NCBI GenBank assembly: GCA_041937175.2
Contig: CP166615.1
Span: forward strand, 2,368,001 to 2,432,000
Length of the DNA stretch: 64,000 nt
Source of the DNA: Limnothrix sp. BL-A-16
Lineage (GTDB): Bacteria > Cyanobacteriota > Cyanobacteriia > CACIAM-69d
Direction: 5' to 3'
Shown here piece after piece: positions 1 to 9,815 of this stretch; within the stretch, counting starts at the first letter, position 1; each line of letters opens with the position of its first letter. Both the position numbers and the translations under genes were made by a program. Below the pieces are notes generated by a model. The model made no database searches, had not been told where the DNA came from, and was given only the letters and a program-made list of their open reading frames with translations.

Positions 1-237
1 GTGGTGACGGAGCGACATCATGGCCGCCTGCTGTGCGAGTCCCAGGAGGGATTGGGCAGCACTTTCACGATCGAGATTCCCACCCGCCAATCAAGCTACC
101 CCAGCCGGGGCACGGAACGGCGCTCCGCTTCGATCGCCCATCGATCGCCCCAAAACGGCTCCGCAGCCTCCTCCGCCCCGCCGATTGTTGCTTCGCCTTC
201 GGTGCTCAGCACCCGCCCGGAGTCCTCGCCGGATTGA
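1..237 (+). CDS. C-terminal fragment of a sensor histidine kinase (HATPase_c end), truncated by the window edge
   Basis: HHGRLLCESQEGLGSTFTIEIP is the typical G2-box/terminal strand of cyanobacterial HATPase domains; followed by a low-complexity tail. Confidence 0.75.
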   Translation: MVTERHHGRLLCESQEGLGSTFTIEIPTRQSSYPSRGTERRSASIAHRSPQNGSAASSAPPIVASPSVLSTRPESSPD

Positions 238-325
238 GTTCTGGGCTGGGTGCTGATGGGGTGAGGGTTGATCCAGAGGCCGGGTTAGGCCAGACATCCA
301 GGGGTTAGATAACGGCAATCAGAAT

Positions 326-1579
326 CTAGTGGGATTCTGAAGGGCTAAGGGCATAGACATCCGGAGATCGCCCCAAAGCGAACCGGATCGATCGACCCAC
401 GGACTTGCTCGACAGGGTGATAAACATCATCAACGCCACCAAAGCCAACCCAGAGGCGATTGCAAACAACACCCGATAGCCCAAGGCATCGGACAAGGCC
501 CCCAAACCGGGCCCAGCGATCGCAATTCCCAGATCAAACCCCAGCAAGACCAGGGAAAAACTGCGGCCGCGCTCGTGGGCAGGAACCCGATCGGACACCA
601 GGGCCACAATCGAGGGAATCAGCAACCCAGCCCCCAGCCCTTCGAGCAAGGCGGCCACGATGAATCCCGCCACGGATTCCGCTTGGGCCAACAGGCCCAT
701 GGCCACCACATAACAGACCAAGCTGAGGGTGATGAACGCACCGCGGCCCAGGCGATCGGACTGTTTGCCCGCTAAAAATCGAGCACCGAAGCTGGCCACA
801 GCGGCGGCGGTATAGAACAGGCCGGGAATCAGGGCCACGCGGCTCTCCACAATCAAGAGCGGCACAAAGGTGCTGAGCGTGCCAAACACCAGCCCGATCG
901 TCAGCATCACCAGGGCTGGAGTCCGCAGGGCGGGGGTGGCTAACTTGGCCCAAAAACGCTCCGGATTGCCCGATGCGCTGGCGGCAGGATCCTCCGCCGG
1001 AGGAGCTGTTTCTTGAATAAAGCTCATCCCGATCGTGGCGGCCGTTCCAAAGCTGGCGGCCACAATGAAGGTGGGCCAAAAACCATAGGCCGTTTGCAGG
1101 TAGCTGCCCAGGGCCGGACCGATCGCCACGCCCACCGGCTGGGTCAGGGTCATGTAGCCAATTAGCTCCCCCTTTCGCTCTGGAGGAGACAAATCCACCA
1201 CCAAGGCGCTGTAACCGGTGGTGAAGGCGGCAATGCTCAGGCCATGGAAAATGCGCACCAACATCAGTAGGGGCACGGAGGTGACCAGGCCATAGCCGAT
1301 CGGGGCGATCGCCGCCACTACGGTTCCCAGCAGCAACACCCGCCGCCGACCTTGGAGATCCGCCAACTGGCCCAACTGCGGGCGCGACAACAACAGCCCG
1401 ATCGCGAAGGCTCCCATCACAAGCCCCACTTGGCTATCGTTGCCGCCCGTTTGGCGCACATATAAGGACAGCACCGGCAGTTGCGAAGCCATGCTGCACC
1501 AAAACAGGAAGGCCGCCCCCGCTAAAAACAACAAATTCCGCCGACTGTGGGCCGGCAGCGATCGAAACAGCGACAACAC
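326..1579 (-). CDS. MFS transporter
   Basis: About 12 hydrophobic segments; motif A-like GQLADLQGRRR and GKQSDRLGRG. Confidence 0.9.
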   Translation of the reverse strand: MLSLFRSLPAHSRRNLLFLAGAAFLFWCSMASQLPVLSLYVRQTGGNDSQVGLVMGAFAIGLLLSRPQLGQLADLQGRRRVLLLGTVVAAIAPIGYGLVTSVPLLMLVRIFHGLSIAAFTTGYSALVVDLSPPERKGELIGYMTLTQPVGVAIGPALGSYLQTAYGFWPTFIVAASFGTAATIGMSFIQETAPPAEDPAASASGNPERFWAKLATPALRTPALVMLTIGLVFGTLSTFVPLLIVESRVALIPGLFYTAAAVASFGARFLAGKQSDRLGRGAFITLSLVCYVVAMGLLAQAESVAGFIVAALLEGLGAGLLIPSIVALVSDRVPAHERGRSFSLVLLGFDLGIAIAGPGLGALSDALGYRVLFAIASGLALVALMMFITLSSKSVGRSIRFALGRSPDVYALSPSESH

Positions 1580-1768
1580 GGCAGCTTCAGGTGCTTACAC
1601 GCTGGCGATAGAGTTGATCATTGTAGCGAATGTGACAAAAATGTAATGAAGCGCCGCTCGGCCCCAAGCCGCGATCGCCCCATGGCAACGTCTTTTCACG
1701 TCAACGTCTTTTCAGAGCTTCCCTGCAAACTGATCGGCCTGTGAATCCGGTGTCGCTCAACCACCGCC

Positions 1769-1880
1769 AAGCCATTACTCAAGCCATTACTGCGGATTAG
1801 CTGCGGATTAGCTGCTGCTGATCAACTTGATCAACCTGATCAAGTTGATTAACCGTTGACTAGCCCACCAACTAGCCCAC
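1769..1880. repeat. Cluster of short tandem duplications (aagccattact x2, ctgcggattag x2, atcaac(t/c)tg x2-3, actagccca x2)
   Basis: Read directly from the sequence. Confidence 0.7.
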
Positions 1881-2867
1881 TTCCTCCCGAATTCGATAAA
1901 TCGGTCGGCCCTGGGATTCGTGGTAGGTGCGCATGGTCAGCTCCGACAACAGACCAAAGCAGAAGAATTGAAAGCCCGCCAGCAACAACACAGTGGCAAT
2001 GGTCAACAGGGGGCGATCGCCAATGGCCTGGGCCAAAAAGACTTTGATCGCAATCAAATAGATGAACAGGACTCCCCCGATCGCAATTAGCCCCAACCCC
2101 AGGGGGCCAAACACATGCATCGGCCGGGTCAGAAATTTTTTCATGAACCAAATGGTCAGCAGATCCATCACCACCCGGATCGTGCGGCCCAGGCCATACT
2201 TACTTTGGCCAAACTGGCGAGCATGGTGGCGCACGGGAATTTCCGTGATTCTGGCCCCTTCCATGAAGGCCAAAGCGGGCAAAAATCGGTGTAATTCGCC
2301 GTAAAGGTTCATATCAGCCAGCAATTCGGCGCGGTAAACCTTGAGGGAGCAACCATAGTCCCGCACGCGCACACCCGTGACACGACGAATGATGGCGTTG
2401 GCAATCCGCGAGGGCAGCAGTCGGGTCACGGCCGCATCTTGGCGCTTCACCCGCCAACCGGTTACCAGGTCGTAGCCCTCGTTGAGCTTTTCCAGGAGGG
2501 CCGGGATGTCTTGGGGGTCGTTTTGCAAGTCCGCATCCAGGGTCACGATCGTGTGGCCCCGGGAGCGATCGAACCCGGCGGCCATGGCGGCGGTTTGACC
2601 ATAATTGCGCCGCAAAATCACCGATCGCAGGTTGGAGCGCTCGATCGCCGCCTGCTTCAACCAATCGCCGGAGCCATCCCGCGACCCATCATCCACGCAA
2701 ACAATCTCGTAGCGATCGCCCGTCGGTTCCATCGCCGCCGTAATGGCATCCAGCAGATGAGGCAGGCTTTCAATTTCATTGTGGATGGGCACAACGATCG
2801 AGATATCGGGGCGATCATCCAAGGGCAACTCAGACCCAGGAATCGATCGAGCCGGAGAAGAGATCAT
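1872..2867 (-). CDS. Glycosyltransferase family 2, ArnC/DPM1-like polyprenol-phosphate GT (ORF extends to 2915; ATG at 2867 preferred)
   Basis: ISIVVPIHNE, VDDGSRD, RRNYGQTAA, TLDADLQNDP motifs; two C-terminal TM helices. Confidence 0.9.
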   Translation of the reverse strand: MISSPARSIPGSELPLDDRPDISIVVPIHNEIESLPHLLDAITAAMEPTGDRYEIVCVDDGSRDGSGDWLKQAAIERSNLRSVILRRNYGQTAAMAAGFDRSRGHTIVTLDADLQNDPQDIPALLEKLNEGYDLVTGWRVKRQDAAVTRLLPSRIANAIIRRVTGVRVRDYGCSLKVYRAELLADMNLYGELHRFLPALAFMEGARITEIPVRHHARQFGQSKYGLGRTIRVVMDLLTIWFMKKFLTRPMHVFGPLGLGLIAIGGVLFIYLIAIKVFLAQAIGDRPLLTIATVLLLAGFQFFCFGLLSELTMRTYHESQGRPIYRIREEVG

Positions 2868-2967
2868 GGGGGCATCCTTAGGGAATCGGCCTTGCGCCTC
2901 GGCGGACGCTTGCAAAAGAATATCGCGATCGCACCCCCCGTGATACCCTAGTCAAGCTCTCTAAAAC

Positions 2968-3111
2968 GCACATCCAGCGTTTCGGGTGTTTTGCCAGTTG
3001 CCAAAGAGCCGAAGCCAAGGTCGCAAACCCTGAGCTAGTCAGCCTTTCGACTTCTGCAAAATCGCTCGCTGGATGGAGGATAAACCCGAATATCAGGAGA
3101 AATGGCCAACC
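2968..3111 (+). promoter_or_regulatory. rpsB 5' leader, putative S2 autoregulatory RNA structure
   Basis: CATCCAGCG (2971-2979) complements CGCTGGATG (3067-3075); TTCGGGT (2981-2987) complements ACCCGAA (3084-3090); AGGAG SD-like sequence before the ATG. Confidence 0.6.
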
Positions 3112-3879
3112 ATGGCAGTCGTATCCCTTACCCAAATGCTCGATGCCGGTGTTCACTTTGGACACCAGGCTAGCCGCTGGAACCCCAAGATGTCGCCCTA
3201 CATCTTTGCGGCTCGCAACGGCGTGCATATTATTGACCTGGTGCAAACCGCCCAGTGCATGGAATATGCCTATCAATTTCTGCGCGAAGCCTCCGAGCAA
3301 GGCAAGCGCGTGCTGTTTGTGGGCACCAAGCGCCAAGCCGCTGGCATCGTGGCCCAAGAAGCGGCCCGCTGCGGCAGCTTCTATGTGAACCAGCGTTGGT
3401 TGGGCGGGATGCTCACCAACTGGACCACGATCAAGAGCCGGGCCGATCGGCTGAAGGAACTGGAGCGCCGCGAAGAAACCGGCGGTCTTGACCTGTTGCC
3501 CAAGAAGGAAGCTTCGGTGCTGCGCCGCGAAATGGCCAAGCTGCAAAAGTACCTAAACGGCATCAAGCACATGCGCAAGTTGCCTGACATCGTGGTCATG
3601 GTAGACCAACGCCGGGAATACAACGCGGTGCAAGAATGCGTGAAGCTGGGAATCCCGATCGTGGCGCTGCTGGACACCAACTGCGATCCCGATACGGTGG
3701 ATGTGCCCATTCCCGCCAACGACGACGCAATTCGATCGATCAAGCTGATCATCGGCAAGCTGGCCGATGCGATCTATGAAGGTCGCCATGGTCAGTTGGA
3801 TAGCGAAGACGAAGCCTTCGACGAAGAATACGACTACGACGCAGAAGAGTACGAAGAAGAAGAAAGCACCGAAGCCTAA
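3112..3879 (+). CDS. rpsB: 30S ribosomal protein S2
   Basis: [42 protein letters not shown]. Confidence 0.98.
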   Translation: MAVVSLTQMLDAGVHFGHQASRWNPKMSPYIFAARNGVHIIDLVQTAQCMEYAYQFLREASEQGKRVLFVGTKRQAAGIVAQEAARCGSFYVNQRWLGGMLTNWTTIKSRADRLKELERREETGGLDLLPKKEASVLRREMAKLQKYLNGIKHMRKLPDIVVMVDQRREYNAVQECVKLGIPIVALLDTNCDPDTVDVPIPANDDAIRSIKLIIGKLADAIYEGRHGQLDSEDEAFDEEYDYDAEEYEEEESTEA

Positions 3880-4196
3880 GGTCTGTCGCCAAATCGCCTG
3901 AAACCCTGATTCCACCGTTGGCGGATCGCGGGGTCAAGGGGCTTAAATCCCTTGTCTAGGGTAGGCGGATCGCGGGGTCAAGGGGCTTAAATCCCTTGTC
4001 TAGGGTAGACGGATCGCGGGGGCAAGGGGCTTAAATCCCTTGTCTAGGGTAGACGGATCGCAGGGGCAAGGGGCTTAAATCCCTTGTCTAGGGTAGACGG
4101 ATCGCAGGGGCAAGGGGCTTAAGCCCCTTGTCTAGGGTGGTTAAAGTATGGAAGATCAGCCGTTTTCACTGGATCCCAGAAAATGATGACAGTCCC
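3879..4196 (+). mobile_element. MITE family A copy 1 (142-bp unit plus 4 extra 44-bp internal repeats), TA-flanked
   Basis: Imperfect TIRs aggtctgtcgccaaat / aaatgatgacagtccc; colinear with copies at 7791 and 32237; 318 = 142 + 4x44. Confidence 0.8.
3921..4140 (+). repeat. Tandem array of five 44-bp units, each containing a CAAGGGGCTTAA(AT/GC)CCCTTG palindrome
   Basis: Units start at 3921, 3965, 4009, 4053, 4097; no unique spacers. Confidence 0.95.
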
Positions 4197-4573
4197 TAAG
4201 GTCTGTCCTCAGGATCTGTCCTCGGATTCGCAAAACTTCTGATTCTTCCATTGCAAGACTCTGGGAAGTTCGGCGTTTAAGCCCCTTGTTCAGCCACTGT
4301 TTGGATCGATCGGCTGGGTCGAAATGATCACCCCCGGTCGATCGAGCAGAATCCAACAGTCCCAAACCTTGGCTCAATTGATCTCCTAAACTTCGTCGCT
4401 TCCTCGGTCAATTCGTCTCGGTTCGTCTCCGTTCATTGATTTCATATCGATCGGGCGAGCCGGGTTAGGGCAAGCTTAACCCCGCCCTGACTCGCCAGGT
4501 TTTACAATCAACGGCAAATAACTGCTGCACAGTTCACGACAACGCTTGCAAACGCTTAGGTAACGAGGGCCCC

Positions 4574-5233
4574 ATGGCAGAGATTTCGGCAAAGCTGGTT
4601 AAAGACCTGCGCGAACGTACCGGCGCGGGCATGATGGACTGCAAAAAAGCCCTGGCAGAAAACAACGGCGACATCGAAAAGGCCACCGAATGGCTGCGCC
4701 AAAAGGGCATCGCCTCCGCTGGCAAGAAAGCGGGCCGCGTTGCCGCTGAAGGGCTGGTTGATGCATACATCCACACCGGCGGTCGGATTGGCGTGTTGGT
4801 GGAAGTGAACTGCGAAACGGACTTCGTGGCCAAGCGCGATGAATTCCGGGAGCTGGTGCGCAACATTGCCATGCAAATTGCCGCTTGCCCCAACGTGGAA
4901 TTTATCTCCACCGATGAAATTTCGCCTGATGTGGTAGTCCGCGAAAAGGCGATCGAAATGGGTCGCGAAGACCTGGCCGGCAAGCCCGAGCAACTGAAAG
5001 AAAAGATTGTTGATGGTCGGATTAAGAAGCGTTTGGAAGAGCTGTGCTTGCTGCCTCAGCCCTTCATCCGCGACCAAAGCAAGACCGTGGAAGAACTGAT
5101 CAAGGAATCGATCGCTAAAATTGGCGAAAACATTCAAGTGCGTCGCTTCCAACGCTTTGTGTTGGGTGAAGGCATCGAGAAGCAAGCAATCAACTTCGCT
5201 GAGGAAGTGGCTGCCCAAACCGGCAACAAATAG
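4574..5233 (+). CDS. tsf: Translation elongation factor Ts
   Basis: [26 protein letters not shown]; downstream of rpsB. Confidence 0.98.
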   Translation: MAEISAKLVKDLRERTGAGMMDCKKALAENNGDIEKATEWLRQKGIASAGKKAGRVAAEGLVDAYIHTGGRIGVLVEVNCETDFVAKRDEFRELVRNIAMQIAACPNVEFISTDEISPDVVVREKAIEMGREDLAGKPEQLKEKIVDGRIKKRLEELCLLPQPFIRDQSKTVEELIKESIAKIGENIQVRRFQRFVLGEGIEKQAINFAEEVAAQTGNK

Positions 5234-5543
5234 GACGGCTGGGGCTGGATGGCCCCCATCCGATTTGTGGGGAAAGCGGTTTTGTCCGGCTTGTCGCCCC
5301 AACGGCTGAATTAAACCCGAAGGCATGGCCCGATCGATCGCGCAACCGTCCGAACGATCTGTGGCTGTGCCTTTGGTGCTGTTGGGGCGATCGGTTTTGT
5401 TGGGTCTTGTTTGGAATATTGGATTTGTTTGAGCTTGTGCAAATTGCGGCAAATTGCAGCAGATTGAGTTTATGTAGCCTGGATTTGCGCGTTGGAATTT
5501 GCACGGATTTGAACTGGTGCAGAGAGAAGAGGCAAAATCACCC

Positions 5544-6680
5544 GTGACCGACCCGATTCATCGACTGGAGCAAGAATTGGCGGAGCTGCGCGATCGGTCC
5601 CGATCGCTGGCGGAGTCCTTATACGAGGCAGATTTGAGCTATCTGCGCACCTTGGGGGCCGCTGCCGGTCAGCAGTTGATTTTGGCCAGCTACCGGATCT
5701 GTACCCATAAGTATCCTGAGCAGTTTTTGGCCCTGCCCTTCATGGAGCGCCAAAACCTGCAGCAGGCCCTGCGACAGTTGGCCCGCGACCTGGCTGAACA
5801 GTTGGCACAAAACCTGGCCTTACCCATTCCCAAGCCCGAACGGAAACAGCGGATTGTGAAGGTGGAGGCGATCGAGCGGCCAAAATCCAGCGGTCGCCGC
5901 TCGGCCAACGGGGCAGACAACGAAGACAACGAGGGCCCCAGCACCGCTGAAATGGCGGCGGCCCTGGCGGCGGCTTTTAACTCGTTGGTCAATATTGAGT
6001 CGATCGAGCTAGAGGGGGATGATGCGGACGACGCTGAAGATTCTGAAGATTCTGACGACGAAACGAGCGATCGCCTCCGAAACGCGAACCCATCCTCAGA
6101 GCGCGATGACGACGATCTAGCAGCCGACGCAGAAGAAGAAGCCGACTCAGAACCGGAGTCAGATCCCGAACCCCGGCCCCCAGCGATCGACCTGGATGCT
6201 GGGATGCCCGAAGTGCTGGCAACGCTGGCAAACCATCCCAGCCGCGTGCTGCAATGGCATCGATCGCGCGAAAAGCTCACCAACAAAACGCTTCGGGCCC
6301 AATCCCATCAGGCCAACGAGCTATTGCGCTCAGTCGGCATTTTGCCCCGCAAACTCCCGTCCGCCATGCTGGACATTGCGGCCAAAGGAGACTTCGACGA
6401 CTTCACCGGCAACTCGCCTAATCTGATTGAGCTGATCATGCAAGGCGAAGGCGATGATGATTCCGACAACAACAACGACGGAGCCACCCGCCTGGTGGCC
6501 GTGCATTTGCGTCTCTCGGAAATTCACTTTAGCAACCCCGACCTGAAACCCCAGCGGGCCGCGATCCAACAGGTGCTGGAGCAGCTTGACCAACTCCGCA
6601 CCCGCTACGAAAAGGTGCAGCATCGCCAGGCAATCGCCTCCGCCGAATCCGCCTGGCGTAGTGCTTGGTTTGAAGACTAG
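5544..6680 (+). CDS. Cyanobacterial hypothetical protein, helical N/C domains around a long acidic disordered linker (ORF open from 5499; GTG at 5544 preferred)
   Basis: Long ORF; QQLILASYRICTHKYPEQFL and AESAWRSAWFED termini resemble a conserved cyanobacterial hypothetical family. Confidence 0.75.
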   Translation: MTDPIHRLEQELAELRDRSRSLAESLYEADLSYLRTLGAAAGQQLILASYRICTHKYPEQFLALPFMERQNLQQALRQLARDLAEQLAQNLALPIPKPERKQRIVKVEAIERPKSSGRRSANGADNEDNEGPSTAEMAAALAAAFNSLVNIESIELEGDDADDAEDSEDSDDETSDRLRNANPSSERDDDDLAADAEEEADSEPESDPEPRPPAIDLDAGMPEVLATLANHPSRVLQWHRSREKLTNKTLRAQSHQANELLRSVGILPRKLPSAMLDIAAKGDFDDFTGNSPNLIELIMQGEGDDDSDNNNDGATRLVAVHLRLSEIHFSNPDLKPQRAAIQQVLEQLDQLRTRYEKVQHRQAIASAESAWRSAWFED

Positions 6681-6852
6681 GAAAGACTCGAGGTCGTCAG
6701 CCAGCTAAAGATTTGCCTCAGGGATCAGCGCCCACCAAACCGATCGCACCTCGATCGCGCCCGATTCCTTGAAAATCCATCACCACACACCCAACGCCTC
6801 ATCCCAGGTGCTAGGTTATTGGGGATTTCAAACCCCCTAGCGCAACGTTGCC

Positions 6853-7791
6853 ATGAGAATCCTCGTCACCGGAGGCGCGGGCTTCATCGGTTCGCACTTG
6901 ATCGATCGGCTAATGAACGCCGGTCATGAGGTCATTTGCCTCGACAATTTCTACACCGGCCACAAGCGCAACATCGTTCACTGGCTGGGCCACCCGAACT
7001 TTGAACTCGTCCGCCACGATATTACCGAAGCTATTCGGCTGGAAGTGGATCAGGTTTATCACCTGGCCTGTCCTGCCTCTCCGGTGCACTACCAATACAA
7101 TCCCGTCAAAACCGTTAAAACCAACGCGATCGGAACCATGAACATGCTGGGCTTGGCCAAACGGGTCAAAGCTCGGTTCCTGCTGGCCTCCACCTCCGAA
7201 GTCTACGGCGACCCAGAAGTTCATCCCCAAAGCGAAGACTATCGGGGCAACGTCAACCCGATCGGGATCCGGAGTTGCTACGACGAAGGCAAACGAATTG
7301 CCGAAACTCTCACCTTTGACTATCACCGCCAAAACGGCGTAGACATCCGCGTGGTGCGTATTTTCAACACCTACGGCACTCGGATGCTGGAAAACGATGG
7401 GCGCGTGGTCAGCAACTTCGTCGTGCAAGCCCTGCGCGGCCAGCCCCTGACCATCTATGGAGACGGCTCCCAAACCCGCAGTTTCTGTTACGTGTCGGAC
7501 TTGGTGGATGGGTTAATTCGGATGATGAACAACCCCGACCACACTGGCCCCGTTAACCTCGGCAACCCTGGGGAATACACGATTTTGGAGCTAGCCAAAG
7601 CCGTCCAGGCCCAGGTGGGTTCCGGCGTGGAAATTGACTATAAACCCCTGCCCCAGGACGACCCGCGCCGCCGCCGTCCCGACATTACCCGCGCCAAGCT
7701 GTGGCTGGGTTGGGAGCCAACCGTACCCCTAGAAGAAGGACTGCAAAAGACGATCGAGGACTTCCGCCAACGGATTGTTGCTGAAGCCTAA
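6853..7791 (+). CDS. UDP-glucuronate decarboxylase (UDP-xylose synthase), extended SDR
   Basis: [39 protein letters not shown]; adjacent to ugd. Confidence 0.93.
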   Translation: MRILVTGGAGFIGSHLIDRLMNAGHEVICLDNFYTGHKRNIVHWLGHPNFELVRHDITEAIRLEVDQVYHLACPASPVHYQYNPVKTVKTNAIGTMNMLGLAKRVKARFLLASTSEVYGDPEVHPQSEDYRGNVNPIGIRSCYDEGKRIAETLTFDYHRQNGVDIRVVRIFNTYGTRMLENDGRVVSNFVVQALRGQPLTIYGDGSQTRSFCYVSDLVDGLIRMMNNPDHTGPVNLGNPGEYTILELAKAVQAQVGSGVEIDYKPLPQDDPRRRRPDITRAKLWLGWEPTVPLEEGLQKTIEDFRQRIVAEA

Positions 7792-7932
7792 GGCATGTCG
7801 TCAAATCACCTGAAACCCCGATTCCACTGTTGGCGGATCGTGGGGGCAAGGGGCTTAAGCCCCTTGTCTGGGGTGGTTAGAGTATGGAAGATCAACCGTT
7901 TTCACTGGATCCCAGGAAATGACGACGGGCCC
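7791..7932 (+). mobile_element. MITE family A copy 2 (142 bp), TA-flanked
   Basis: TIRs aggcatgtcgtcaaat / aaatgacgacgggccc; central palindrome caaggggcttaagccccttg. Confidence 0.85.
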
Positions 7933-8118
7933 TAATGGGGAAGTTGGAACAGTCAGCATCCAGAAACCATCCAAGATTTCGGTCGCAATCAGCCGGACTG
8001 ATGCCAGGCTCTAGGGAATACGGATCTCAGTTTGTCTGCACCATTTGGCCCCAATGGGGCTGAATGGTTGCCGAATGACCCAACTTGTAAGGACTCCACT
8101 TGTACAGAAGGTGAATTT

Positions 8119-9474
8119 ATGCGGGTTTGCGTAATTGGAACAGGCTACGTGGGCTTGGTAACCGGAGTTTGCTTGGCGCGCACGGGCCACCACGTCACCT
8201 GCGTGGACAACAACGAGGAAAAGGTCAAGCTGATGAAGTCGGGGCAATCCCCAATTTATGAGCCGGGCCTGTCGGAACTGATGCAGGCGGCCATGACGGA
8301 GGGGACGATCGAGTTCACTAGCGACCTGGCTTCCGGGGTTGATCAAAGCGACATCCTCTTCATTGCCGTGGGCACGCCGCCGCTACCCACGGGGGAAAGT
8401 GACACGCGCTATGTGGAAGCGGTGGCCCGAGGCATTGGCACCAGCCTGAAGAGTGGCAGCAACTATAAGGTAATTGTGAATAAGTCCACGGTGCCGATCG
8501 GCTCGGGGGACTGGGTGCGCACCATCGTGCTCGATTCCTTTAAGGAACATTCGCCGGGCCAACCGGAGCCGGCCTTTGCGGTGGTCAGCAATCCGGAATT
8601 TTTGCGGGAAGGCTCGGCCATTTACGACACCTTCAACCCTGATCGAATCGTGCTGGGCAGCAATGATCCCAAGGCGCTGGGGATGATGAGCGAGTTGTAT
8701 GACCCGATCGTCCGGCGCGACTTCGCAGAAAACCAAGCCCTGCCCCCGGTGCCGATCGTCACGACGGATTTGGCCTCGGCGGAAATGGTGAAATACGCGG
8801 CCAACGCGTTCTTAGCCACCAAGATTAGCTTCATTAACGAAGTGGCCAATATCTGCGATCGGGTGGGGGCCGATGTGACCCAAGTGGCTAAGGGCATTGG
8901 CTTGGATTCGCGGATTGGGCCCAAGTTCCTGAATGCGGGCATTGGCTGGGGCGGTTCCTGTTTCCCGAAGGATGTGTCTGCCCTGGTGCATACGGCCAGT
9001 GACTATGGTTACGATGCGGAACTGCTGAAGGCGGCCGTGAATGTGAACCAGCGGCAACGGGCGATCGCGATCGAGAAGTTGCAACAGACCCTCAAGATCC
9101 TGAAGGGCAAAACGATCGGCCTGCTGGGTCTCACCTTCAAGCCCGACACGGACGACATGCGCGATGCCCCGTCCCTGATTTTGATTGAACAACTCACTCG
9201 CTTAGGCGCAAAGGTAAAGGCCTACGACCCGATCGTTTCCCAAACGGGGATGCGCCACGGCCTTTCAAATGTCTATGTGGAGACCGATCCCGAACTGCTG
9301 GCGGATGGCTGCGATGCGCTGGTAATTGTCACGGAATGGGAACAATTCCGCACCCTGGACTACGCCAAGATGGCCAAAGCCATGCACAATCCCACGGTGG
9401 TTGATGGTCGAAACTTCCTCGATCGGGCGGCTTTGGAGGCCGCAGGCTTCCACTACGTGGGCATTGGTCGATAA
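8119..9474 (+). CDS. ugd: UDP-glucose 6-dehydrogenase
   Basis: VIGTGYVGL, NKSTVP, SNPEFLREG, GWGGSCFPKD, FKPDTDDMR; GAAGGTGA upstream of ATG 8119. Confidence 0.96.
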   Translation: MRVCVIGTGYVGLVTGVCLARTGHHVTCVDNNEEKVKLMKSGQSPIYEPGLSELMQAAMTEGTIEFTSDLASGVDQSDILFIAVGTPPLPTGESDTRYVEAVARGIGTSLKSGSNYKVIVNKSTVPIGSGDWVRTIVLDSFKEHSPGQPEPAFAVVSNPEFLREGSAIYDTFNPDRIVLGSNDPKALGMMSELYDPIVRRDFAENQALPPVPIVTTDLASAEMVKYAANAFLATKISFINEVANICDRVGADVTQVAKGIGLDSRIGPKFLNAGIGWGGSCFPKDVSALVHTASDYGYDAELLKAAVNVNQRQRAIAIEKLQQTLKILKGKTIGLLGLTFKPDTDDMRDAPSLILIEQLTRLGAKVKAYDPIVSQTGMRHGLSNVYVETDPELLADGCDALVIVTEWEQFRTLDYAKMAKAMHNPTVVDGRNFLDRAALEAAGFHYVGIGR

Positions 9475-9483
9475 AGATCACCT

Positions 9484-9506
9484 TCAGGGGCCCGTGGGGC
9501 CCCTGA
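9484..9506 (+). terminator. GC-rich hairpin just after ugd
   Basis: tcaggggccc-gtg-gggcccctga, perfect 10-bp stem; no clear U-tract. Confidence 0.5.
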
Positions 9507-9815
9507 GATATACTGGCCCACAAGCGGTTTTGGCCGTCCCCGCCTTGGGAGGCGCTCAATCGCTCCCAATCCCACTCCCGGTTTTGTCCAAAACGCCCTC
9601 AACACAAGCATGAGGGGGAGAGCAGGCGAGGTTTTTTACTGAGTTCTTGCGCCCGATGGCGCTGTTGCTGTTGCCCTTCAATTCACAGCATTACCGGTTC
9701 GCGGGGCATCTCGCAGGGCATCTTGCGGGACATGGCATCCTCGGCAAACGTCAGGGAATTGTGACCCAAGACAGCCGCGATCCCCATCCCCGGCGCGATC
9801 GCGCGGGAGGCAATT

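Noticed and set aside
3921..4140. CRISPR array
   Set aside because: Units are contiguous near-identical 44-mers with no unique spacers, lie inside a MITE, and no cas genes are present
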